Assembly (NCBI GenBank): GCA_030141605.1
Contig: JAQGDQ010000426.1
Location: 135,798 to 199,797 of the forward strand
DNA: 64,000 nt
Reading direction: 5' to 3'
Source of the DNA: Tubiluchus corallicola
Lineage: Eukaryota > Animalia > Priapulida
Positions within the stretch are counted from its first letter, which is position 1; every line of letters begins with the position of its first letter. The position numbers and the translations under genes are program-made. Of the stretch, positions 49,391-62,250 are shown in pieces. The notes under the pieces were generated by a model. That model saw only the letters and a program-made list of their open reading frames with translations, was not told where the DNA came from and searched no databases.

Positions 49391-51445
49391 CAACTCCTCC
49401 TTACATTACATGAATTGAAATGCATGTACGTATTTCCTTTAATTGCAGCAAATAAAATTTTTTAGTACTTTAGTACTTGCAAAACCACTTCTTCCTTTAA
49501 TGCATGAGCTGATATCTAGTTGAATCCTCTTTAACCGTTGACTTTATGAAGAACTTCTGAAGGTAAATTGCTAAGACATCACCATAGGTAGAACACAGGT
49601 GAGTTTATTTATACAAATCAGTAACAACACATGCTTATTCAATGATCTCTGACAGCCAACTGACCAGGTAAGTTTTCTATGAAGCAAGGAAGCCAGCAAT
49701 TCAATGAAAGGTAAATGTTATGCATACTCTATAGTTCAAGGATGAAAGTTTAGACTGTATATAAAGAAATAGACCTATTTTACAGCTGAAATTTCTTGTG
49801 TGGGATTTTTAATGTTTTAACCAGAGAATGTAATAATATGACATAAAAAATAAAAAATAATGACATATGACATAATAAATAAAAAATAATAACATATGAC
49901 ATAATAAATAAAAATTAATGTCAAGAAATCGTGAGCGTCACGACAGACTTGAGTAATGGAAATTTGCTTTCGAGCTTCGCAATTAACTACACAGACGGTA
50001 TGTGTGTGTTTGCTAGGATTATAACCGAGGCATGCACGAACCAGAATAGCACTGTAAATACGATCACGTGACCTGCAAGTCGGTATCTAATTACAAGAAG
50101 CCATTAAGTCACGGCGTGCAGTGTCAGTGAAAAAAAGTCGAATTAATTTACTGAATTAAGTAAGCACTTACCACATAGCAGATAAGTTAAAACGGAAGAG
50201 CATAATAGTTATCCTAATTCTAGTTGCGTAATGATGGACCGGCGACCGCACGATTTCCGGGCACCAAACACTCGACTGTTTCGGATTTCGACGGTAAATA
50301 GAGGCGCTGTAGGCTTCTGGAACTGCGCAGTACCAGCGCCTCTAAAACTAGAAGAGGTGGTCTCCTTTTCATGCAGCATTTCTGGGTTGCTAGCTTTGCT
50401 GTAGGATGTTAATTATGGAACAGTTGTCGAGCAAACATCTTATCATCTGACACAATGATGCTAGAGCCCAATAGTAGGGATGGGTATTTAGTGGGAGTAT
50501 TTTTCTCTGGTTTTGCTAGTGAAACCCTGTGAATGCGTCCATCACTGATCTTGTGTTGATCGCATATCCAAGCATCGGCACCTTGGCTGTGCTCTGGCCA
50601 TAACTAATCAACTGGGCTGAATGAAGCCAGATGTGGTCGTCAATACTACAAGAGATCAGTAAAATCACTTACTAGTACGAAGCCATTGCTTTTAGCACGC
50701 AATAAATCTTTGTGAAATTTATGATGACAGAAAAATCGTCAGCAATTACTTTACCTATGCTACTCCACCTGATTTTAATTGATTATATAGTAGTAGTAGT
50801 AGTAGTATAGTTTATCGAATTTCAAATGCATAGTTGTTCTCCATAATATTAGACTGTGCAGAAACTGCTGTGTTAGTTTCTGACGTCATATGACGTAAAG
50901 CCCATTTTCGTGACGTCATGCGTTTAAGCAGTAACACTTATGCAAACGTGCTTGACGTGCAAGGGAAGACGCCTGTTATTGCACAAACTGTGGTTAGTTT
51001 CTGACGTAAGCAATAGCTGTGTTCGGTTGCCCTTGGTTAACTTTCTAAGCTAATTATTCAAATGTAAGAAACAATTACCAACTTTTATAGGCAAGAAAAC
51101 GTACATTTTGGACAGTAAATTAAAATGAGATTGAGTCTAAACAATCATTCGATTTTCCTTTAAGTGACGCGCTTGTAGTCGAGTGAAAGCTATGCTGTAT
51201 TTTTCTATAATATTCTCTGGTAAGTTTGGGGTTTTCAAGTCCGAGTTGAATTCCTTGTAAACAATACGTTTGGTAGAATTAGTGTTCAAAACTCTTTCCC
51301 TTGGTAAGTTGCGTTGCTGTGCACAGTATACTTTCTCATTGACCGCTGATAAGTTTCTCAAGCATTTTGCTAAGTCACTATTACACTGACTCGCTAAAGA
51401 TATAGGTGCTAGCTTTTAGATACTAAAAGCCGACTGACATATTGG

Positions 51446-51816
51446 CAGGGCCTATTTCAAGGGGGGGAAGTGGGGATACTTCCCCGGGGCCTCACCCTCC
51501 AGGGGGTCCTCGCGCCAAGGTAACATTTTTTTTACTTTATGCGAACATACTGCCGCCTCTCTCCCTCTCTCTTGCCGCACGCGCGCCGTTTGCCAGTATT
51601 GACAAGTATTAAGGACTGGTCTTGCGAATAAAGCAGTTTTTCTTTCAATTGTTCTTTCCTTTAACAACAGTAACTCCATATTTTCTCTTCAAAAATGCTT
51701 CTCCGACGTTCTAGCAGTTCAAAAATTTTCTGGGCGCCAACCACGGTAGCGCCCGCCCCCGGCGCTTCCACTCCCCCCCCCATGATGGGGCCTCGCCTAG
51801 GCTGAAATAGGCGCTG
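51446..51816 (-). mobile_element. hAT-type MITE, copy B (inverted relative to copy A)
   Basis: TIR CAGGGCCTATTTCA / TGAAATAGGCGCTG, perfect 8-bp TSD CATATTGG; colinear with the reverse complement of 44945-45378. Confidence 0.92.
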
Positions 51817-52299
51817 CATATTGGTGGCTAGAACAGTTAGGTAGTATATATGCAGAGTAAGAAACACTCTGGGTACTACATTGCAAAATATATGAAGACC
51901 TATTAAAGGTCCATAAATGAAATGTCAACGGATAGAAAATAGGTCACGAAGTATAATGTTAGTTGCAGGGAAAGTAGAAACCTGATTAGAGACTGGGGCA
52001 TTCCCTTTATCCAAATTTGGAGAGTGCCGCATTATCCGCAATACAATGCCAGAGTCTGTACCACGACCAGGGGGTGATGTTCTAACAGTTCAACGCCTGT
52101 ACTTTGATACCTGTAGATTCGCCACCACTAGCAGTGCCATTCACTAGGTGCAGATGGCTTCGTGTTCTTGCTGTGAACGTTTTTATTTGCCAGACTTTCT
52201 GCTGCTACGGTATGCCGGTAGTGACATCTATGGCCAGGGAACTGACCAAATTTGACGATGTAGCTACTCTAGGTAGGAATAGCGAGTTTGATAAGATAG

Positions 52300-53310
52300 T
52301 GTAAAGCGAAGCGAAGCAAAGTATAGTGAAGTAAAGTTAAGTTAAATAAAGTAAAATAGAGTAGAGTAGAGTAGAGAGGAGTGGAGTGGAGTGGAGTGGA
52401 GTGGAGTGGAGTGGAGCGGAGGAGAGGAGAGGAGAGGACAGGAGAGGAGGGCAGATTAGAGTAGAGTAGAGCAGAGTAGAGTAGAGTGGAGTGGAGTGGA
52501 GTGGAGTGGAGTGGAGTGGAGTGGAGTGGAGTGGAGTGGAGTGGAGCGGAGCGGAGCAGAGGAGAGGAGAGGAGAGGAGAGGAGAGGATTGGATAGGATA
52601 GGATAGGATAGGATAGGATAGGAGAGGAGAGGAGAGGAGAGGAGAGGAGAGGAGAGTAGAGTAGAGTAGAGTAGAGTAGAGTAGAGTAGAGTAGAGTAGA
52701 GTAGAGTAGAGCAGAGCAGAGCAGAGCAGAGCAGAGCAGAGCAGAGCAGAGCAGAGCAGAGCAGAGTAGAGCAGAGCAGAGCAGAGCAGAGCAGAGCAGA
52801 AATGTTCTGTAAACAAAGTAAAGCAACGTAAAACAAAGCAAAGTTATGTAATGTCAAGTCAAGTCAAGTCAAGTCAAGTCAAGTCAAGTCAAGTCAAGTC
52901 AAGTCAAGTCAAGTCAAGTCAAGTCAAGTCAGGTCAGGTCAGGTCAGGTCAGGTCAGGTCAGGTCAGGTCAGGTCAGGTCAGGTCAGGTCAGGTCAGGTC
53001 AGGTCAGGTCAGGTAAGGTAAGGTAAGGTAAGGTAAGGTAAGGTAAGGTAAGGTAAGGTAAGGTAAGGTAAGGTAAGGTAAGGTAAGGTAAGGTAAGGTA
53101 AGGTAAGGTAAGGTAAGGTAAGGTAAGGTAAGGTAAGGTAAGGTAAGGTAAGGTAAGGTAAGGTAAGGTAAGGTAAGGTAAGGTAAGGTAAGGTAAGGTA
53201 AGGTAAGGTAAGGTAAGGTAAGGTAAAGTAAAGTAAAGTAAAGTAAAGTAAAGTAAAGTAAAAGTAGAGTAAAGCAATGTAAAACAAAGCAAAGTAAAGC
53301 AAAATAAAGC
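52300..53310. repeat. 1-kb compound pentanucleotide microsatellite
   Basis: Blocks of GAGTA, GAGTG, GAGAG, GATAG, GAGCA, AAGTC, AGGTC, AGGTA and AAGTA. Confidence 0.97.
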
Positions 53311-53734
53311 ACAGTAAATAATTTGTTCTTACTCAACTGATATGAAAGGGTCAACTAATTCATCGCATTCATTATCTGATTTCATTTAAATACATATTCA
53401 GCATCCATTATACGGGAGCCCTCATCGGTGCAAACTATAATTTACTTTTGCACATAAAATACGTAAAACTGTGACATAATTGACTAAAATAAATTACATA
53501 AATTTAATAAGCCTGTGCAATATTTCACCATATGTAAAATGTAGACAGGATGAACTGTAAAGCGCCCTTCCACTCGCAGATTAGTTGAAATAGCATGATT
53601 ATTATAGATTGTTTATTATAAAATACTTCATTAAATCAAAGTATTTAACAGTCTGCCCATAAAGATGGTTTCACTTCACGGTGTATGGCTTAAGGACAAT
53701 CAACGAACTGCTATTATTGTCATCGTTTAAAGAA

Positions 53735-54335
53735 AAACTGGATCCAATCCTAAACTGTAGGTCTAAGCAATATGCTCTTTAAAATATTGATAGGGATATT
53801 ATTTTTTTAAAAATGACTTGCGTGAAAAAATTATCACCTCCGAATTGGAATTTCGTGTTCCCTGTTCTTCATTGTTACGCGCATTTCGCTATTCGTTAGT
53901 TAGATGGGCACTAGCGCCTGCATTTCGGAAAAGCGTTGCATTAAAACCAGGTGCTGTGCCACTTAGTTCAGAGCTGTTCGTTTGTGACGTAATGTACACG
54001 TTCGAGAGCTCATGCACGAGCACAGCGGTAAATTTCAATTTCAATTTTGATCTTAAAATTTGCCTAGTTTTAGTACAACACACTGAATACCTTACAGTAG
54101 TGCTGTATTTCGATTTTCGCTTTCACAAACACGTGCAACACGCTCATGGAACGTTTGTGCAGTTGAAAATTATGTTCAGTTGTGATGTCTTCAATAGCTG
54201 GGCTAGCCCGCCGCAAAATTATCAGATAATTCAATTATCAGAAACGATTTTGCATTATTATATGTGTTAAACTGTAAACATTTTACCCTGCTTCAAAATG
54301 GGGTAGAATATGAAAAATCGACCCGTTTTGCTTTA
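53735..54335. repeat. ~600-bp dispersed repeat, copy 1 (copy 2 at ~59040-59663)
   Basis: Colinear diverged match, e.g. cactagc.cctgcatttcggaaa.gc.ttgca and tgcctagttt.agtacaacacactgaata.cttacagtag, in both places. Confidence 0.8.
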
Positions 54336-56343
54336 AAACACCGTCAGAACAATGACTGGCAGCTAATTAGGCGAAAAGTATGTATGTTAAACGGCCGAAA
54401 TTAAACAACACTGGACCTTCTTAGTAAATAAACTGCCAAATCTATTATTTAGCATAGATTACCAATTGCTCGATGCAGACTGCTATCACGCACTCTGTCA
54501 CTTGACTTCCGTGTTTTTATTAATTCATCATTAATATGTTAGTCGAAACTATTTCATTATAATTAAGCATAATGATGATGTCTTGCCTATTTTTTGTACC
54601 ACATTTCACTTTAAAATGGAATATGATGACATCTTGCCTATTTCTTGTATCAGATTTCACATTAAAATGAAATACGCTGCAAATATTTGTATCATTAAAT
54701 TAAATTTTAAATTTCACTTACCAGCTTGTTAAACGACGCCCTAAAATTAGAATTAAACCTGTCCACCTTTCTGCAAAATAAAATACCGTGAATCGAATAG
54801 CCCAAATTAATGCTGACTGGCAGAATACTGTATGTTTAATTTTTCTTTTAATAGATGGCGATACCATGCGATTAGGAATCAGAACCATCACTGCGCTCTC
54901 AAACTGTGCAAAATTACGGAGAAACTGCGGGTAAAAATAAACGAAAGACAATAAAAGGATGGGCGTGGAAATACTGACCGTTAAAGTGAACAGAAGAAAA
55001 AAGGAGGAGAGAAAAGAGCAATAACTAAAAGCAAACAAGGCTCTAGAACATTAAGACTTATTTGAGCAACAACAGCTGTTCCATCCAGCATCTTACCCAT
55101 TAAATGATCTACTGCTACCACTTTGAAATATCGCCAGCATTGCCACTTCGGAATGCACTTTTCCCCGCCAGATGTCAGCAGTAAATCAAGCAACCACCAG
55201 CAGCTGATGGCATCTTCCGAGGAGGAATGGGAAAGGGCGAAGAAGGCAGCTGCAGAAGTCTTGCACCTTGCACCTGCTGGTTCTGTTCGCAGCAACAATT
55301 GAGGCACCACAAGTAAGTGTGCTTTCACCGTTTCTATATATGTTTTTCATCGAAAATTCAGCGCACAATCGCAAAGAAACTTGAATTATTCGGCGCACAG
55401 TTTGAGCTAATAATCTCGAGTGAGGATGAGCAAAACAAAGTTGCTGACAGTGTTTATTTTCGTCTAAGCTGCACATTCCTTTAGCAGCTGAAACCATTGA
55501 AAAAAACCGATTAGGAGGCTGATGTCTGAAACCGAAACTTTTAACAAAGAAACGTTTCGGAATTTTTAAAAGGTAAAAATTTCAAAATTTTTCATAAATC
55601 GTTTAATTTTGCTTGCCAGCTTTGTTAGCACAAGTAATAATATCAGAGAAGCGGTAATTTTTATATTTAGTGTTTCTTTGTGATCTGCAAACTAAATTAT
55701 TATTTTTGTTTTTATTGGTTTAGTGGAGTTCCATGAGCTTAAGTTTTAGTTATCCATCTACAACTGACTGTTTCTATTGTCATTTTGTACCATGACTGTA
55801 TTACAAAGATTTCCACTAATAATTGAAGCCGCCGGTGAATGAAATAATTATGACTTAGTATTATAGTATTGTACTATAGCATAATATTACATAGTGTAGT
55901 ATTACAGTATATTATTATGTTGTATTATATTATAGAATTACAGTATAAACTTGCTGTATTATCAATATAAGTAATTAAGAAAATGTTCTATGCAAAGAGG
56001 CGCTATCTAATGATTAAACTTGCAAAACCAATAATGTCATTAATTTTACATACAGAAGTACTACGGTGTAGATAGCAATAGTTATTCATTCTAGCAAAAA
56101 ACATTAATTAATTAATATCTATTTATTAAGTAAAAGACACGTTTATTCATTCTAACTTTTATGTAAGTACAGATAAAAGCTAGAAAGAATAATTATATCG
56201 AAAACAAGAGATCGAGTTTAAATTGAAATTGGCCTATGATTCTAAGTCTTACGGCTACAGAACCAAACAAACTGTCTGTATATTGCCTCCAATATTACAT
56301 ATCTATTTAGCATATATATATATATACTAAATAGATATGTAAT

Positions 56344-56845
56344 CTTCTTCTTCTTCTTCTTGCCAGCTTTTCCCTATTCGGGGTCGCCGTTGTGAATGAG
56401 TCTTCTCCACGCATGCCTGTTGTTGACCATCTCTTCATTTATGTCTTCCCTTCCCACATCATCTTCACCGACTCTTCTTTTCAGGTGTCCATACCATCGC
56501 AATCTTGCCAGGCTTCCACTACTTTTACTGTTCCTCTGATATTATTATTTCTAATTTTATCTCTTCTTGTTATTCCCACCATCCATCTCAACATCCTCAT
56601 CTCCACCACACCCATTTTCTTCTCTTCGGTCTTCTTTAGAGAAGCTGCTTCCGGCCCATAGATTAGAGCGGGTCTGACCACTTCTTTGTGGACTTTACCT
56701 TTAAGGTCTCACCGACTCATTCATAGAAGGTTTTGGCGCAGTTTTTACAGGCGGATGCCCTTCCTGACCCTAACCCTCCCTATTTATCCGGGCTTGGGAC
56801 CGACACTGAGTTGGACCGGCTTGCCTCCCCCCCAGTGGCTGGGTT
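56344..56845 (-). mobile_element. RTE-derived twister-headed retroelement copy with internal deletions
   Basis: 18-bp TSD ACTAAATAGATATGTAAT; RT fragment VVRPALIYG.EAA...EMRMLRWMVGITRRDKIRN; (GAA)n tail; same 5' head. Confidence 0.9.
56768..56845 (-). ncRNA. Twister-ribozyme-like 5' head (one P2 mismatch)
   Basis: AA CCCA GC CACTG..CAGTG TCGG TCCC AA GC CCGG ATAAA TAGG GAGGG. Confidence 0.7.
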
Positions 56846-59666
56846 ACTAAATAGATATGTAATATTAATACTAAATAATATGTAATAATATATATATATA
56901 TATATTATATATATATATATAGTATAGTATTGTATATATAGTATATGTATGTAATGTACAAGAGCTGCTGTTGCTTTATTATGAAAGCTGCAACTAAGTT
57001 TCCTCACTTTTCGGGCAATCTTAGAGCTGCAGCCATTGTTCAATAATAAATCACAAATTTATTCATGCTGTTACGTATCAGTCTAATGAAAATGCAATCA
57101 ATTAAGAGAAATGAATAACAGTAATAAACCGCGGAATTATCAGAAGCAATTTATCATTAATCAGCATAAGATATTCAAGCAATTGTTTTGATTATTGCTT
57201 TTTCTTCCTTCGTTATATTGGCTCTAATCAAACATGTCAGTTTCCGCTCGTGAATCTTCGCTAATTTTGCGCTTAAACAAAGGCAAGTCTTGAGAATACC
57301 GACAAACAAGTTTTAGTTGCAATTAGGCAGGAAATTCAGCAATGCAGCATTTTTACAAAACGCTGTAGAAAAGAATGAAATGATTGGCATCTTAAAACAC
57401 TTTAAGATAATCTAGAAAGCATTTCAATTTATTACACTCTGTCTATAACCTTATAGCTTTGATTCAGTAAAAGCTGCTGGCTTTGAGTTAGATAAACAGA
57501 CAAACACTAGGTAGAATGTTCACGCATTTTAATTTAATTATAAGTGTATTTATACGCAAAATTTGCTATAGTATATATATAGCCTTTGCTAGTCTATATA
57601 TTAATTCTACTGTTATGTTATATATATAAGATTCGAGGTTACAGCTCGGACGACGGCACCATTTGCGGCGATCTAACTGGGCATTTCTTACAAAAGCATA
57701 ACCTTATTTAATACACAATTATTGACTTAGTAGAAACGACTTCCCGCATATTTGTAATCAAGGAATATCAAGACTTTTTTATTTTTATTTATGGTAGAAT
57801 TGCCTACGTTTTTCAACAAGTTTACAGCACTTCTGCACGACCAGCAAGAAGCACGTGCGTGATAATGAAGCTCTGTGCACTAATATGGCTCATCAAACAG
57901 AATATATGATGATAATATAAACCACAAATAATTCTATGCTCTAATTTAATTACAGTAATTAGTTTGCAATCATACCCTACTGCTTGAGTAAACAAAAACT
58001 GATGAGCTATGCCATATTGAATTTAAGATCTTGCTCACAAGGGCCTGTTTGGTATGCAGGTCAAACGTTCAAAGCCATTGGTTCAAACCCAGTTTCACGT
58101 CTGTTTTTTTCACGTGTTTTCTCTGTCAGATTTGCATTTAAATGTAAACTCATCATGTGTTAATTCATTAATAATTGCTGGACAGTTGAAATAACATTAC
58201 ATAGATTCGTAATTACGTAATTTCAAAATTATATAATTACACAGTTTAAATATGTAACAGTGTATATTGCCACTTGAACTTAAATTGTGTGTGTACGTGT
58301 TGTTAACACTATGTACAATTATCATATGACACATACGATATAAATGCATTACAAAAATCCATTAAAAAGCACGCATATGTGAAAAACACAAATAAGAAAA
58401 ACACAAAAGTAGAATACAAATAAGATAAACAACAATGGCTGAATGCAGTAGCAATAATTTATCAACATAAGAAAAATTTATATCGATCATTTCTTAGTAA
58501 AACCATTTTCGGTTTTTACTGCTTCAGTTCAATTTTGCTCTGCTATATTGAGCAATAACTATATTATTGTCGTAATGCAGTTAGCAACATATTGCGTGAC
58601 CCCATCTTGCTCAGGCCAAAAGACGCTTAACAAAGATAGTTAATTCATGTTATAAAAGCGCCACAATGTACTTTATTCGAGCTCTGGAATTTAGCGCAGT
58701 GACGTCTTATAGAAATTGTTCACAGATTCTCCAGCCCACAGAATTTGCTGTCAAGATGCACAAGTGACGCTGAAATGATTATTATATAAGCAACACCCAC
58801 TCTGTTAAATTGTTGGACATTTTAACTGATCTTAAGACAAAACCAGACCTAATCCTAAAGTGTAGGTCAAAATAATCTGCTCTTTAAAATATTGAAAAAA
58901 AACATAATATTTTTTTAATATTTTTTCTTTGTAGAGTTTTGATATTGTTTTTAAGTTTGATATTGGTTTGTGATAAAAGAAGATTTCATTTACGTAAACG
59001 CTTAACGCTTGAACATAGGAAGCTCTGCTCAGCTTAAAGCAAAGCCGGACCCAATCTTAAACTGCAGGTCAAAACAATCTACTCTTTAAAATATTGAAAA
59101 CAAACATAATATTCTTTCAAAAATGACTTACGTGAAAGAATTATTACTACACAAACAGACTTTCACGTCTCCGCCACTAGTTCTTCACTGTTACATGCGT
59201 TTCACCATTTGCTAGTTAGAAGGACACTAGCTCCTGCATTTCGGAAACGCATTGCACAAAAACAGGTGCTGTACCTCTCAGTTCAGATGCGTTAGTTTCT
59301 GTTGGAACCACATACGTTCGACAGCTCATGTGTGACCACAGCGGCAAATTTGAAATTTGAATATTTATCTTTAAACTTGCCTAGTTTCAGTACAACACAC
59401 TGAATATCTTACAGTAGCACTGTACTTCAATGTTCTCCTTCACAAACACAAACTCTTCCGCAACACGCTCACGGAATATTTTTGCTGTTGATAATTATGT
59501 TGGTTTGTGATGTCATCAATTGTTGTGTTCGCCTGCCGTTAATTAAGTTTTTAATCTATTATCTAATTATCAGAAATGCTTTTGCAGTATTAATTGTGTT
59601 AAAATGTATACTTTTTATCGGACTTGAATAACTATATGAAAAATCATCCCGTCTTCCTTTAAATTA

Positions 59667-60147
59667 TGGAGATGCGAATCCACAGGCGAATTTGAAAAGA
59701 AAGGACAATGCCCTAACAGTCAACTCATTAGGGAGAAGCATAGGATTTAAACTCGACTCAGTTCAGTTAAACCATGGAACAATCTAATTGTGCACTGCCA
59801 TACAAAACACAAAATTTTAAAAGCCACTCTCCATCAAGTTAGCAGAGTAATATGGTGCTCGTAAAATAATCATTTCAGTAAAAAACTCCAAAAACACCTT
59901 TGTCCATAACAGGTAATATGCTCTACAAAAGGAACTAGCTACCTACTACCTAACCCAAATGACAAAGATTTACTACCTTGACGGACATTGGCCTTTAAAC
60001 TTTGTTTTGTATGGCAGTGCACAATTAGATTGTTCCATGGTTTAACTGATCTGAGTCGGGTTCAAATCCTGCGGTTCCTTCTCCACTAAGTTGACTGTTA
60101 GCGCATTGTTTTGTCTTTTCAAATTCGCCTGTGGATTCGGATCCCCA
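59667..60147. mobile_element. Foldback-type MITE with ~160-bp imperfect TIRs and TA flanks
   Basis: 59667-59825 is the reverse complement of ~59990-60147 (e.g. cagttaaaccatggaacaatctaattgtgcactgccatacaaaaca / tgttttgtatggcagtgcacaattagattgttccatggtttaactg). Confidence 0.85.
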
Positions 60148-60909
60148 TAATTTATCTCTGAAGCTTAGAACCTCTAGTTTTTACAAGCCCTCCAAACAGA
60201 TGATGAAGACAAGCAGCTCAGCTGCAGAGCATTTGTGTACCAAGCCCAAGCATTTAATCCTGATTTGTTACCAAACATCCATCAGCATCTTCCTTAACAA
60301 AGTCTGCCCTCAAATTAATTGCAAATTCTTAAGCAAGTCGGCAGATTTGACAGATGTCAGTAAATTTGGTAGACTTACTGCTTAGCAACTAGAAAATGGT
60401 CCAGACATTGTCGATTTTTAATTAAAGAAACTCTTAAGGCGTGATTACCAGCATGTTTTAGTCACGTGACTGGTAAATGTCAGTTAAGGTAGTGCAAGAT
60501 GAGATGCTGTCGTCTACTGGGTTGGCATTGAGGCTCTTACTTCAGGTGCGGTCAAGCCAGACAATGTGATTTTTGCAGGCACAGAGTCTGGAGACATAGA
60601 AGAAATGTTTCATGTATCTCAGATGCACTTTAAAGGGCTGTTTGTGCCTTCTATGAAAAAGTGTGGCACGTACGTGTGATATGTGGAAGATTTCATAAAT
60701 CCTCTATACTGTAGTTTTGTGCTTACGGTGTCCTACACAGCAATTGTACGAGAAATAGCAGCGCGTCCCTGCAAATGTGAAACAAAAATGCCCAAACTTC
60801 GCAAGCAGGACGGGGTAGTAGATCCAAGTGTTAGTACGTAGCGTAAACTAAAAGCTTCAACTCGTGTTTTATTACAATGCAAAAGCAGCAGGCACATATA
60901 TTAGGTTAA

Positions 60910-61084
60910 GTAAGTGAGTGAGTGAGTGAGTGAGTGAGTGAGTGAGTGAGTGAGTGAGTGAGTGAGTGAGTGAGTGAGTGAGTGAGTGAGTAAGTGAGTA
61001 AGTGAGTAAGTGAGTAAGTGAGTAAGTGAGTAAGTGAGTAAGTGAGTAAGTGAGTAAGTGAGTAAGTGAGTAAGTGAGTAAGTG

Positions 61085-61137
<53 letters not shown>
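60910..61137. repeat. Compound tetranucleotide microsatellite (GAGT)n-(GAGTAAGT)n-(AAGT)n
   Basis: Directly visible. Confidence 0.97.
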
Positions 61138-62250
61138 TTTATTGACCAAGAACTATGATTGCACTATGATCAGGGTAGATGCACGGAAAATAACACAGTA
61201 AGTTGGCCCAAAATTTTCTCCAAAACACTGATACATTGACGAACGTAAAAATGTTAAAATGGCATTAAGCAGAGTGTAGAAATATAATTAACATAATTAT
61301 TTTTCATTATATTATCAGTCCAACAAGAAACAGAGATTATTGAGCAAAACATTTAAGGCACGAATGAATATAGTCCACAACAATTTGGTTACTATTATGC
61401 CTGAATATAGAGCTGATGGATGCCACATCAATATTAGAAAACCGAGGTACAGTTTGATAGTCAATATTAATAGTTTGATAGTCAATATTAATTAATTAAT
61501 CCCATGATCTTCTATGCGCTCGCCAAATTGTCACATATTTGCTCTACGTGCTCACTGTTCGTCAGTTGAGAACAGACATTTACTTTCACTTGCAGAATCC
61601 TATTGACATAAACACTGAAGCTTATAACTGTCACAAACGTGCCGTAATTCAGGATGAACACTCTGCATCCTGTAAAAATCCAGGATTTTTAGCTTCTTTT
61701 TATGATAGGTTAAGCGAGCTGTATTCGAGTTGTTTACACCAGTGGCACGCGTTTATCTCTTCGTACAACTATATCGTGTTTTTGTACGTTATAGCTGAAT
61801 ATGAACAAATCGTACGTGTGTCATACTTTAAAGGAACGACTTTTCTAACTTTTACCAAATTTTCTAATATTTTTATTCCATTATTTATTCCACGAGAATT
61901 TTATTCCAATAAAACTTTTTTCGATCAATTTTTCGATCATTTACCTACAACAACTAACCAGTAGCCTTAAACTACATTCGCAATGGAATGAAAAAAAACG
62001 AGACAAAAGTTGAACACGTGCCGGCACTCATACACAAATAATTTCATGCTTTAGATTTTTGCCTACACTTAACTTTCATTATGCAGCGTGGTCATTGTTT
62101 GACACACAGCCGTTTGCTTGTGAAACGAACACATATCAAAACTCTTGAGAATAAAAACAGCCAAAAGAGTCAAAAGGAATGAAACTGAATGTTTCCCATA
62201 CGGTTTTCCCATAAGGCATTCCTGAATTCAGTTCATTTTCAAACCAGATA

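Noticed and set aside
53818-54270. 150-aa ORF within the 600-bp dispersed repeat
   Set aside because: Frame appears not to be preserved in the second copy at ~59040-59663; no motif.
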